A DNA stretch of 63,805 bases, counting the filler, from Chiloscyllium plagiosum (lineage: Eukaryota): NCBI RefSeq assembly GCF_004010195.1. It is 3 parts of one record of this genome, joined end to end, with 100 filler letters (N's around TTAATTAATTAA, not from the genome) between each part and the next. Parts side by side here need not be neighbours in the genome. Positions count along the whole stretch, not along the records: positions 19,414 to 44,118 come from NC_057711.1; positions 44,219 to 63,805 come from NC_057711.1; 1 more part is not named here. One strand, 5' to 3'. Below are positions 38,033 through 50,280 of this stretch, one piece after another (position 1 is the stretch's first letter; every line of letters starts with the position of its first letter). The translations under genes and the position numbers were made by a program. The notes under the pieces were generated by a model. That model was not told where the DNA came from. It was given only the letters and a program-made list of their open reading frames with translations, and searched no databases.

Positions 38033-38193
38033 GACTCTTTTTCTAAAACTCTTTAACATCAAAAATTGCACTTCTGTGTCATTAGTTGTGATATTAAAAT
38101 TGAAAGGAAATTGATGGCATAGTTAAATGACTCAATGATGAAGCATTTTTTGAGGAAGTACAGATTATGAAACTTCCTGAATGTGTTTTTCAG

Positions 38194-38319
38194 CTTGAGA
38201 ATGCAAGGCTTGCCTCGGAGATGAACACTAGGTCAGCCAAGGCAGCTGAAGAGGAGCTGAAAGAAAATGTAATGAGGATAGAGAGCCTCAGCACTCAGTT
38301 GTTCAACATGCAAAAAGAT
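38194..38319 (+). CDS. LMNB1: Lamin B1 exon 5: [42 protein letters not shown]
   Basis: tttcAG acceptor, GAT|GTAAGC donor, 126 nt. LENARL.SEMNT resembles B1 more than B2 or A. Confidence 0.95.
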
Positions 38320-38411
38320 GTAAGCAAGTTTTTATTTATTCCATTTAAAATACAATTGGTAAGTATCAGTACTTTTAATTATTCTAATCTCATCCCGCTT
38401 CCTTCCCATAG

Positions 38412-38632
38412 GCTAGAGCTTGGCAAGAAAGAGTTCAGGAGTTAGAAGTTGCTCTGGAAAAAGAGAGAGATGGAAATCGCAGGATGCTGACTGAAAAGGA
38501 GAAAGAAATGGCTGAGATGAGAGCGCAGATGCAGCAACAGCTAAATGAATATGAAGATCTTTTGGATGTTAAGCTGGCATTGGATATGGAAATCAATGCA
38601 TACAGGAAACTGTTAGAGGGTGAAGAAGAAAG
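38412..38632 (+). CDS. LMNB1: Lamin B1 exon 6 (rod end): [74 protein letters not shown]
   Basis: catAG acceptor, AG|GTAATT donor, 221 nt; intermediate filament signature YRKLLEGEE. Confidence 0.96.
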
Positions 38633-39284
38633 GTAATTCTAGAACTGATGAACTTTATAGCATCATACATTGAAGTTTAACTTTTATGGAAGCTCTGAGG
38701 GAATCATTTTTAACATTTTATGTACAATTTTTGTTTCTGCTAAACCTGACTCCTCCAATGTCCAACACCAATTTCTGCTAGCAAAATTTTAGTCTCTCTG
38801 CATTTAAATAATATTGTTTATTTGGTTCTTCCCCCTTTCTTGAATGGATGTATTATCTTTTATTTGACTACTGCTGGCACCTTTAGTGAATTCAGGAAGG
38901 TCACAACCAATGTATTTCCTATCTCTCCTACCATTTCATTTTGAGATTCTGGGATGAATGTCATCAGAAATGATTGGCTACTATTTTTGTTTTGTTTGTG
39001 TTATCTACAAAGTTTAAATATTAACATGGAAAAGATGCATCCATGGCCAGGTGATGCTTAGTTGTACACAGAAGAAAAACATCTCATTAAACACCTCTAA
39101 TGTTCCAAAGTATTCCATATCCAATTTACTTGCAGTGGTGTTGACCATTACCCAGTACCTACAGACCAAACAGATTAGCCACTGTCTCTTAGCACATCAT
39201 TTATTGATTCAAATGACAGGTTGCTTTGCAATTTCATGCCATTTGAAAATGATGTAGCTTCCAGGTTTCTTTGGGCTACGTTTT

Positions 39285-39527
39285 TCCGATTCTTCAGCCA
39301 GAGAGTGGTGGGCCTGTGGAATTCATTGCTGCAGAGTGCAGTGGAGGCCAGGTCACTAAATGTCTTCAAGGCAGAGATTGATAAATTCTTGATGTCACAA
39401 GGAATTAAGGGCTATGGGGAGAATGTGGGTAAGTGGAGTTTAGATGCCCATCAGCCATGATTGAATGGCGGAGTGGATTCGATGGGCCGAATGGCCTTCC
39501 TACCACTCCTATGTCTTATGGTCTTAA
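39285..39527 (+). mobile_element. CR1 3' end fragment
   Basis: FFSQRVVGLWNSL..AVEARSLNVFKAEIDKFL and tail cctatgtcttatggtctta. Confidence 0.85.
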
Positions 39528-40662
39528 GGTCCATGGGACAGGGGACTTATCAGCTTTTGGTTCCACTAGTTTTCCCAGCACTCCTTATCCCCAGTTGACT
39601 TTTTTATGTTCCTCCCTTTTTAGCTTTGGAATTTCCAGTGTTCTTGGAATTTTTTGTGTGTGTCTGCTACCTTGAGGCTAAGCATAGAAAACCCAATTGA
39701 TGCTTCCACCATTTCCATGTTTCTTATTTGCCAGTCTTGCCCTTTTTAAGGGATCGATGCTTATTTTAGTTATGTTTCCTTTGTAAATACTTGCAGAAAC
39801 GTTTGGTTTGTTTGTTAACTCTCTTTCTCTTTTTACTTAATTTAATTGCCTTTGCATTTATTCTTTAGCAATTCTTGACACACCATGAGCATGTGTGGTG
39901 CGTTTTTACTTAAAATGTTATATTACCTCAGCAAGTGATGTGTCCTTCTCATGAAAACTTTTTCTTCTTGGCATGTGTCTTTGCAGAATATTATGAAGTA
40001 TCCTTCCTTCTCTCTCTCCTGTGTTCCCCACCATTCCAAACACTTCATCTCTACTGTTCAACTTTTTATAACCTATTTTCAAAGTTCACTTTGAACAAGT
40101 CTGTCATCGTATCCTGTAAATGTCATTTATTTAATTGTAAAATGTTAGTTTTAGATCCACAATTCTCACCCTCGGACTGAATATAAAATTCATCATGATG
40201 TCAACATCACTGGCTAAAACTTCCTTTACTATGAGATCTTGAACTAAACCTGTCTCACTGCGCATTTACCAGGTCTAAATAGCCTGCTTTCCATTTGGTA
40301 CTGCACTAATTGTCCTAAATATGCTCTTCATCCTATTCAGACTATCATTACCAATCTGATTCATCCAATCTGTACAAAGAATAAAGTCCCATGATTACTG
40401 TATCTCCCTTTTTCTACAACACCCATAAATTTTCTTTTGTTTTACTGTTTAATTCCTGTGAAGAGTCTGTAAACTACTTCCACTTTGTTTAAACCTTTTT
40501 CTATTTCTACATAGCATTCTTCTGAAATAAGGTAATTTCTCTCTCGTGTACTAATATCATCCTTAATTAAAAGTGCCACCCGACCACTTTTTCCTTTGCA
40601 TCCTGTAGAAACTTGTCCTTTTTGTTTATTGTAGTACTTGACACTTTTTTGGGTTTCCTTAA

Positions 40663-40944
<282 letters not shown>

Positions 40945-40963
40945 TAAGATTCATATATGCTGA

Positions 40964-40983
40964 ATATATATATATATATATAT
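40964..40983. repeat. (AT)n microsatellite in the 113-bp intron 7
   Basis: atatatatatatatatatat. Confidence 0.85.
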
Positions 40984-41012
40984 TTTTTCTATTTCCTCAA
41001 ACATTTGAACAG

Positions 41013-41117
41013 GATCAACCTATGGGTGGCTGGGAGTTGACAAGAAAGATTGGTGATGCATCTGTCTCTTACAAATTTACTCCAAAGTATATGTTGAAAG
41101 CTGGGCAGACTACAACT
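41013..41117 (+). CDS. LMNB1: Lamin B1 exon 8: [35 protein letters not shown]
   Basis: aacAG acceptor, ACT|GTAAGT donor, 105 nt. Confidence 0.95.
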
Positions 41118-42409
41118 GTAAGTTCAAACACTTATTTAATGAGATACTGCTTCATAAAGACCAGGAAAATGCAAAGTTTAGCATCAGATCTGAAAGTTAA
41201 CTCATTATTATCAGTGGTTATGGTGGGGAGGGACGAATGGCATTGTTGGTCAGCTTTAGTTTATTTCAGCTAGAAAAATCGGTCTGGATCATTGATCCTA
41301 ATATTTACTTTCCTGTCACCCTTGCTCAAATGGTTGGTCTGCTTTTTGCTCCTGGAGTACCTGTTGTCTGTGTGAGTTGAACTCTGATATTTGTTTTGTA
41401 GTGTTGGCTTAGGGAAAGAAGTCTGTGTGTGTCCTCTGCAATATAAAATTGGATTTTTAGTTCTTAAACTGAGTTTCTGTAAATAGGAGGTTGGATATTA
41501 ACTGTTATCAACGTTCCTAATGCAAAAATGTCTCCAGTGTTGCTCTAAATTTTCCCTTTCGTCAAGTACATGGTGATAAGCGATTTTTCTTTTGTCTAAA
41601 GTGTATTCACTTTTTTTTTCCAGAGATGTGCTTTCATGAAATTGAGAATAAGGAGGGTATGAGCAAATGTGAGCCCCCCCCACCCCATCCCCAGCCACTC
41701 CTTCCAAATTGATGAATTTTATTTCTTCATCTTGCCTTATATTACATTATGTATGTAGCCAAGTGTGAATCACCTTCATTTCCTTTCAAATATCTGCATC
41801 AGTTGATTACGGCGTCTGCCACAATAGTTGCTTTCTTTTCACCTTCCAGCAGGGTCTCTTGTAAATAGCTTGACCCAAGAGATTCTTGCCCCTCCACCCC
41901 CAATACTCATTTGAAGGAAATCACTGATAAGTTTGGTAAGTTACCAATAAGTAAGTATTGCTAGGTTGACTAGTGTAAAGTTTCTTAGAAGGGACACAAT
42001 AAACCACTCATGATTAACTTCACATTGTACCCAAAAGGTTATTGCCCATTACGATCAGGAACTTGAGCAGCAGCTTCACTCCCTACACACCAAGTATCAA
42101 CATAAGTGTCAAACCTGAGATATGAAGATTTGAATGCATATTTGTGCTTTTAGCTTCAGTAACATGCAGCAGCTGGATTTGAAGTCTAAAGTTTCTACAC
42201 TCTGTGCCTGTCACAGGCTATACAGTAAATAGTTCACCAAAATATATCAGTTGATTTATGGAATTGCATAAATTCAAGTTATCTAAAGACTTCACCATAG
42301 ATGTGTCTGCCTTGATGTTGTCCTATTTTTAAGGCTTGCATAAAGTTTAGTAACTGCAATATATTATGCTGATGTAAATATTTCTTGTTCAATAATCTTG
42401 TTACTGCAG

Positions 42410-42529
42410 ATCTGGGCTGCTGATGCTGGTGTGATATCAGCTCCTCCTGCCAACCTCCTCTGGAAGAACCAGAATGCTTGGGGCACTGGAGCAGATGTGA
42501 AAGTGGTCCTCAAGAATTCTCAGGGAGAG
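42410..42529 (+). CDS. LMNB1: Lamin B1 exon 9: [40 protein letters not shown]
   Basis: ctgcAG acceptor, GAG|GTAATG donor, 120 nt. Confidence 0.95.
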
Positions 42530-42584
42530 GTAATGCTTCTTTTAACTGATTGGAAATCTGTTTGTTACATCGATTCAGTAATAT

Positions 42585-44070
42585 TAGTTCAAGATGTGGA
42601 CGTTTTTGGTTGGGTGTGACTCCCAACCAGCCAAGTTTTCTCTGTGATTCTGATTGATGTTTGCTGTCGAATGTTCTGTAGAAGGAGTTGGTGAGATGCT
42701 GCCTTGAACTACTGCAGTGTTTGGGTGGCATGTACACTCTTTCAGTGCTCTTAGGAAAGGAGTTCTAAGATTTTGTCTCTAGAGCACTGATACGGTAGAA
42801 GCTGTAGGTTTGAAGATGCTATCTGTGGAGCCTTGAGCTGCTGCTTGGTGTATACTGCTGCCATTGTCAGTGGTGAAAGAAATAAACGTAGGTATTGGAT
42901 GGAGTGTCAATAAAGAAGGCTGCTTTACTTCAGATGGTATTGAACTTTTTGATGTACCAGTGTAGGTGAGTATTCTGTCACGCTCCTGACTTGACTTGTA
43001 GAGATGGTGAACCAGTTTCCGAGAGATGACTTACTGCAAAGTTCCTATTCTTTGGCCTACACTTGTACCTACAGTATTTCTGTGGTTAGTCCAATTCAAT
43101 TTCTGGTCACTAAAGAAGGAAGATAGTAGGATATTCAACAATGGCAGTACCCTTGAACATTAGTATGGATATTGCCTGGCACTGGCAAATGTTACTTGCC
43201 ACTTAATCACCTCAAACCCGAGTATTGTCCAGGTTTTGCTGCATTTGGAAATGCACTGCTTCAGTATCTGAACAGTCATGAATGGTGCTAAACCTTGTAC
43301 GATCACCAGTGAACATCCCTGTTTCCTACCTTATGATGGAAGGAAGTCATTGAAGCAGCTTGAAGATGTTGGGGCTAGAATGCCACCCTGAAGAACTGAA
43401 GAGAAAGGATGCCTTGGAATGGAGATGACTGACCTCAAACAACTCATTGGTTTTGTATGACTTCAACCAGCAGGGGGGTTTTTCTCCCCTTTTCCATTCA
43501 CTCAGTTTGCTCGGGCTCCTTGATGCTGTACGCTGTCAAATGTTGCGTTGATGCCATGATATTTTGGGGGTTCCCAAGCAACTTCCAACTATGTATCATT
43601 GTGCCACCTCTCTCCCCCCCCCTCTCTCCTGGTGCTACAGAACATATTTAGGGATGGTGTTGGTGGTGTCTGTAAGATATGATTCCGAGAATGGGACTAT
43701 GTTAAGTTGTCGCACGACTATTCTTGTACAGCTCTTATAATTTTGTCACAAACCATCCGATGTTGATAAGGTGTACTTTACAGACTGGTATGGCTGCAAT
43801 GGTGTTTGTGGTGCGTTGCTTGATGCTGGATATTCTGTCTGGTTTCATACTTTTTTTTTTGATTTTTGGAGGTTTGATACAACAGAGTAGCTTACTTTTG
43901 ATTTTAACTGAAATGGCTATCATGTTGCTGTAGGTTTTAGAGTAGCACCAGGAATAGCCAAATATTACTGAAGCAGATGACTTTACTTTTATGACAATGA
44001 TTACATTAGACTAGCTTTAAATTCCAGACTTATTGAATTTATATTTCACCAGCTGCCCTGATGAGATTCA
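42585..44070 (-). mobile_element. Internally deleted, decayed LINE (3' tail, RT remnants, APE start and 5' region)
   Basis: The left end matches the reverse complement of the 22.9-23.8 kb LINE tail. The minus strand at 43668-43709 reads QLNIVPFSESYLTD (APE-like). The right end matches the body of the short elements at 14.3, 36.7 and 45.5 kb. Confidence 0.55.
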
Positions 44071-44079
44071 TCTCTCCCC

Positions 44080-44083
<4 letters not shown>

Positions 44084-44118
<35 letters not shown>
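44084..44118. repeat. (CT)n microsatellite running into the gap
   Basis: Pure TC run ending at the N run. Confidence 0.95.
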
Positions 44119-44218
44119 NNNNNNNNNNNNNNNNNNNNNNNNNNNNNNNNNNNNNNNNNNNNTTAATTAATTAANNNNNNNNNNNNNNNNNNNNNNNNNN
44201 NNNNNNNNNNNNNNNNNN
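44119..44218. other. Artificial scaffold join: 44 N + TTAATTAATTAA + 44 N
   Basis: Same 100-bp structure as 19314-19413. Confidence 0.9.
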
Positions 44219-45157
44219 TGTACCCCTCGTTGCATTAGAGCCAGTCTCAATACCAGAAACTTGGCTGTTTGTGCTACGTTCCCCTGAGAATCCATCACCC
44301 CCTACATTTTCCAAAACAACATACCTGTTTAAAATGGGTATATCCACAAAAGACTCCTGCCCTAGGTGCCCCGACCTCTCTCACCCTTCCTGGAGTTAAC
44401 CCATCTATGTGAATGTATCTGAGACTTTCCCCCCTTCCAATAACTGCCATCCATCACATACTGTTGCTGTTGGAAATTCCTCATCGCTTCTGTCTGTCTC
44501 TCCAACTGATCCACTCGATCTGATAAGATTCGCATCCAACAGCATTTATGGCAGATATAATCCGCAGTTACCCTTAAACTCTCTTTAAAGTCCCACATCT
44601 GACAAGAAGTACATATCACTGCAAAGGCCATTTTTGCTCCTTCGCAATCTACAGACCCAGAAAATAACACTGTCTTATTCCTCTACAAATACTGCCCCAG
44701 GTTAAATTAATAGTTATGGTTTATATTTTAAGTTTAATCAAGAGCCTTATCTTCAAAAACATATAATCAAGAAAGAATCCGCTGTACTCATTACAGCAGC
44801 CTCTCTCTTGGACAGACTTAAAACAACAATTAACTTATCTGATTCTGTGCTGTGAACTTCGCCCAACAGTTCCTCCAAGATTAGTTGTGAATTTCACTGT
44901 TTGTTAATTTTCCCAGATGCACTCTGATGTCCAGCGAGACACGAATTCAAACAGCAAAGGTGGTAACCGTGCAGGGTTTTCTTTTCTCTCTTTCTCTCTC
45001 TCTCTCTCAAAAACAATGCAACAGCATATAAAACAGTAATTGCTGCTCCTGGAATTCGAGGAAATCACCTTCAACACCTAAAATACCTCAAAAAAAAAGA
45101 GCAGCTCTTACAGCCAGAAATTTTTCCCATTCTCCATCTTGGATTACCCAGAATCCC
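44219..45157 (-). mobile_element. CR1 LINE 5' UTR and ORF1 N-terminus (zinc finger/leucine zipper)
   Basis: MAFAVICTSCQMWDF...DYICHKCCWMRILSDRVDQLERQ shows CxxC..CxxC plus a coiled coil, followed by RWV; truncated by the gap. Confidence 0.8.
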
Positions 45158-45424
45158 GGACTGTCAGGGCCCAAAGCCTGTGCACTACCCAGTGCCTCCA
45201 ACTGTTGCTTGATATCACATGGAGTGAATTGAATTGACTGATGATGCTGGGGAACACTGGAGAAGGTCGCAGTGGATCATCCATTTGTCACTTCTGGCTG
45301 AAGATTGCTACGAATGCTTCAGCCTTATCTTTTGCACTGATGTGTCAAGTTCTTCCATCATTAAGCGTAGGAATATTTATGAAGCCTCCTCCTCCACTCA
45401 GTTGTTTAATTGTCTGTGACCATG

Positions 45425-46072
45425 AGCAGCCTCATGGCTCAGTAGTTAACACTGCTGCCTCACAGCATCAGGGATCCAGTTTTGATTCCAGCCTTGGGTG
45501 GTTGTGGCGTTTACACGTTTTTCCCATGTTTTTTCATCTACTGGATGTGGGCGTCACTGGCTGGGCCAGCATTTATTATCAATCACTATTTGCCCAGAGG
45601 GCAGCTTAAGAGTCAACCACATGGCTGTGGATCTTGAGTCACATGTTGGCTGGACCAGGTAAGAATGGCAGACTTCCTTTCCAAAGGGGATTTGTGAACC
45701 AGATGGCTATTTCCCATCCATCTACAATGTTTTCATAGTCATCATTAGCTCTTCTTTCCAGATTATTACTAAAGTCAAATTTTACCATCTGCTGTGGCAA
45801 AATTTGAACCCATGTCTCAGAATATTACCTGGCTTCTGGATTAGTAGCCCAGCAATAATACCACTAGGCCATCACCTAACCTCACACCTGCATAGGTCAT
45901 TCATGGGTGCTCCAGCTTCCTCCCACAGTCTAAAGGTGTGCAGGCTAGGTGATTTAGCCATGGTAAATGTGGGCTTATGGGAATTGGAGTGTTGGTGAGA
46001 TGCTCTTTGGAGAGGCAGGTCAGACTTGATGGGCAAAATGGTCTCTTCCCACACTGAAGGGATTCTATGATT
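45425..46072 (+). mobile_element. HE1-like SINE interrupted by a minus-strand tRNA-headed element (45532-45875)
   Basis: Head atggctcagtagttaacactgctgcctcacagc at about 45434; resumes gggtgctccagcttcctcccacagtc near 45905; tail gggattctatgatt. Confidence 0.7.
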
Positions 46073-46074
46073 CA

Positions 46075-46460
46075 TACTGGATGTATTGGGAGTGTAGAGC
46101 TTAGATCTGGTCCATTGGTTGTGCGCTGGCTTAGCTGTGTCTATCACTTGCTGCTTATGCTGTTTGGCATGCAAATAGTCCTGTTTGATAGCTTCATCAG
46201 GTTGACATCTCATTTTTAGGTATGCCTGGTACTGCTCCTGGCATGCCCTCCTGCACTGTCCATCGAACCAAGGTCGATCCCATGGATTGATGCTAGTTGA
46301 GCGGAGAATATGCCGGGACATGAGGTTACACGCTGTGCTGGAGTACAGTTCTGCTACTGCTGATGGGCCATAGTGCCTCATGGATGCCCAGTCTTGAGTT
46401 GCTAGATCTGTTTGAAGTCTGCTGCATTTAGCATGGTGATAGTGCCATACAACACTGCAT
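46075..46460 (-). mobile_element. LINE ORF2 fragment (region between APE and RT)
   Basis: ORF 45872..46381(-) contains LMSRHI...DRPWFDGQCRRACQEQYQAYLKMR, the LINE PW motif region. Confidence 0.6.
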
Positions 46461-47062
46461 CTGAGGATGGAGCAGTGCTGATAGACCTGTTAAGTTTCTC
46501 CAGAAATTCACTTTCTGTTACATTCCAGAATTCCAGCATCTGCAGTTCTTTGTGTTGTTTTGATGTAAATGCTGTGAAGGTAAAGTCACTGTCGTCCCAT
46601 AAGATTGCTCTCTGATGAGAGACAGATGATTAGTGTTGGTTTAACCTCAGGCACAGGGTAAAGTTGAGAAGGCAGCACCTTTAAGGTGATCTCAACAAAT
46701 GTGGGATCAACAAATTTGTTCAAGTTACTATTCAGCACAAAACAGCCATCCAGCCAACTGAACTAACTGACTCTGTGTTATACACCAGATAACATCATGT
46801 AGTTGGACATTTTTCACCTTTGTTTAGCTATGCTTTACTCACTAACATCTCTCAATACCATCACTTTCTGATTAGTGTCAATATTTTATCATGTTTCTGA
46901 ATTAATAACTGCAAAGTGTCCTCTTACACATGATTTGTTTGTATGTAATTAAAACAAACCAATCTAGATTATCTTGTAAATATTTCCAAAGAGTCCCGTT
47001 CATCTTCTCCAGTACTGAATCATTCTGGGCGACTCGTGAACAAGAATATCACTCATGGCTGA

Positions 47063-47304
47063 TGAAGTAACTCCACAGAGGCTAGTATCCTGTCATCAAG
47101 TCACCCTTTTGGTACATGCATTATATGCATACAACATGTCATTGATCCAGCTTCCTCAGAGCCACCTCTCAGAGTGAACAGAACCTCTGACACTCCTGTT
47201 TATATCTATCAGCCAGGACTCCCTGATTGGACCAGTAAACATCCTCAATCAGAGAACTCAAATTCTATGAGGTCCACTTGATTGGCCTCATTATAGTCAC
47301 TACA
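47063..47304 (-). mobile_element. Solo LTR (242 bp) of an LTR retrotransposon
   Basis: TG...CA termini with perfect 5-bp flanking duplication GCTGA (47058-47062 and 47305-47309). TATAAA and CCAAT lie on the minus strand. Confidence 0.6.
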
Positions 47305-48664
47305 GCTGATATTTGAGAAAGATATATGTCTTCTTTGGTGAGTGGAATATTAGCTTATTGGCAGTAGTAACACTGAATATCTTTATTACCCATCCACAAT
47401 GGGTATTGCTCAACTGCTGGCAATCTGACCCATTTTCTGTGGCCAAGTCTGGTGTAAATAATAGCTGCTAGGTCCTTAAGTTTCCTGCAATTACTCTGGT
47501 AACAAAAGTATTATTTTTTTCTGCTCAAAATGATTTTAGCAAATCAAACTCCAGCACAAAATCAATTTAAATGATTCACTTGGATCAGTTCAGATGTCTT
47601 CATCCTTATTTAGTACTGCCCAGCTCATAAAATGACTGTGAGAAGGTTAAGTGATATGTATTGATAAAAGGGTGTTTGATTATTTTTGGCTTTGTATCTG
47701 AGGATTAATGGTTATTCCCTTCTCAAGTCACATTCATTGTATCTTTTTTCAGAAGTACCGAGTAGCATAGAGGTTAGTTAAATGTTTTAACGCACATTAT
47801 AAAACACAGATATATAACAGAATTTCTAAAACTGATGGTTTATCTATTTAACTCACACAAACAGGTGTTACCATTCAACATTGCCATGATTTGGAATACC
47901 AGATTTCACGGATGACATATTGTCTTTATCCATCAACATCAAATTCTCCATTTCCATACCTTCTGGGTTTGTTTGTAATTCCCTGATCCACAGGCGCACA
48001 AATACACTTTAGAAATATTAGAAATATTGCTCAATGGATGCTTTTGTCCCATCTGCACTAGGAGAGTGGCTAAATGCATTCTTCATGTGCACAGCAATTT
48101 CAAACATAAAGAAAGAATGCAAAATGTAAGTGCATGAATGAGATGCAACCAGAAGAGAATGACATGAATCAAAATTGAAGGGTAAATGGAGTCCATAGTT
48201 GTGCAAATTAATATACATTTTGATTTAATACAACAGAACAAAAACCAAATTTCTGAATCCCACAGCAAGCGGGACTCTGTTGTAATTAAGCACAGCTGGC
48301 CAGTGAAGTGAAGTAATAGCGATATTTGCATACAGTGAAAGTGGTTACAGTGAAAAGCACCTCCGATGTTAATGGCATTGTTTTAAATCAATGAAGAACA
48401 AATGTGATGTTATGTCTAGACATCATGCAAATTAACACAAAAAAACAATCCAGCCCAACTTAAACCAGTAAGATTAATTTGAATTGTAATCCTCCGCTAC
48501 TGTAGATTAAATGTTTCTATAACAAGGCGGCTGGATTCAGAGTTCCATCTGTGCTCATTACCAATAGCTTGGGTGCAGTTTAATCATTTGTGTTAACTAA
48601 TTTGATAGCAGATGTTATCAATAGTAGCTTTACCCTTTGCTTCAGAAAGTTCAAAATGGCAAAG

Positions 48665-49260
48665 CAATAACGACATCTTATATGTACACAGTGCCGTAAC
48701 ATATTAAACATCTCAAGGCACTTCAGAAAAAGCATTAGAAAACAAAGTTTCAACACTAAGTCACATAAGGGGATATTAGGTCAGATGATTAAAAGCTTAG
48801 TCAGTAAGGTTTCAGGGAGTGTCTTAAAAGAGGAGAGCGAGGGAGCAGAGTAGAAAGTTTTAGGGAAAGTATTCAGAATTTAGGGCATGGGAAACAAAAC
48901 GTACAGCCACCATTGGTGTAGCAACTAAAATCAGAGTTATTCAAGAAGGCAGAATGACAAGAGCACAAAACTCTTACAGGCTATCAGACTGTAGAAGAAT
49001 GCAGAGATAGGGACAAAGCCATGGAGAGATTTGAAAAAGTGGTTGAGGTTTTAAATTCAGGATGCTGTTTGACAGGGAGCCAATATAGACCACTGAGCAA
49101 GAGGTGAAAAGGGAAGGTAACCCACTACACCAATTTAGGATGACCTCAACTTCATAGATGCAAGACAATGTTGCAGAGATATAATTAGGTGGTCCTAGTA
49201 TTGGCATAAATATAAGGCCAATAGCTCTTTGCAGAATCAAATGCTTGCAAATGTGATCTC
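48665..49260 (-). mobile_element. Decayed L2-like LINE 3' fragment (similar remnants at about 6965-7330 and 37380-37750)
   Basis: tctcaaggcacttca...aaagcttagtc..taggtttcagggagtgtcttaaaagaggag...gggaaagtattcagaatttagggc resembles the reverse complement of L2 3' ends. Confidence 0.45.
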
Positions 49261-49280
49261 AGACAGTAAAATTCATTTAG

Positions 49281-50280
49281 TAAGAATAGAAGAACTGGGA
49301 CCAGGAGTAAGCAATTCAGCCCCTTGAGCCTGCTTCACAATTTAATATGATCATGTCTGATCTCATCTTGGCCTCAGCTCCACTTTCCTATCCATTCCTC
49401 ATTACCGTTCAATCTGTTACAAATTATAATGTTGTCTATCTCCTTAAATTTACTTGATGCCCTGACATTTACTACACTCTTGATAGTGAATTCCACAGAT
49501 TCATGATCCTTTGAAAGCAGTAATTTCTCCTCATCTCTGTTTTAAATCTGCCATCCCTTATCCTTAAACTATAACTTCTTGTTCTATATTGCTCCACATG
49601 AGGAAACATCAGTTTAGAAACATCAGCAACTTAAATACCTCAGTTAGATCTCCTCACATTCTTCTAAACTCTAGAGAGTATGGGCCTGAACTGCTCAATC
49701 TCTCATCACAAGACAAACTTCTCTCCTCTGGATTCAATCTAGTGAACCTCCTCTGAAGGATGTAACTACATCCTTTGTCAATGAAGGGGATGGAAACTGT
49801 ACACAATATTCAAGGTCCACGCTCACCAGTGCCTTGTACAGTTGCAGCAGTATGTTTGTACTTTATACAGTATTCCTTCAACAATAAGTGAAAATTCAAT
49901 TTCCATTCCTTATTACCTGCTGTACCTGCACATGAATTTTCTACAGTTCATGCATGAGGATACCCAGATCCCGTTACATTGAAGCACTCTGAAGTTTCTT
50001 TCCATTTAGATATGCAAAAAATTACCTTTTAATGCCTCCAGTCAAAAACGTAACCTCATACTTAAGTACATTAAACTTCATCTGCCAAATTCTGGCCCAT
50101 GTACCTAACCTATCCATATCTGTTTGTAAATTTCTTATTTCTTTATTGCAAATTACCTTCCCAACTACTTTAGTGTCATCTGAAAATTTGTTTTTTCATA
50201 CCTTCTATCTCTGTATCCAATTCATTAATATATATAAATATATTTAAATAGTTGGGGCCGAAGGACTGAACCCTGTTACA
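49281..50280 (-). mobile_element. CR1 LINE 3' ~1 kb
   Basis: Reverse complement of a CR1 tail (ccaggagtaagcaattcagccccttgagcctgct) and RT remnants (acattaaacttcatctgcca, gtgtcatctgaaaatt). Confidence 0.75.

Noticed and set aside
42530..42619. In-frame read-through of exon 9 into intron 9 (VMLLLTDWK...FGWV) as a lamin C-like terminus
   Set aside because: The GTAATG donor is strong, the extension ends inside a repeat, and there is no supporting evidence.
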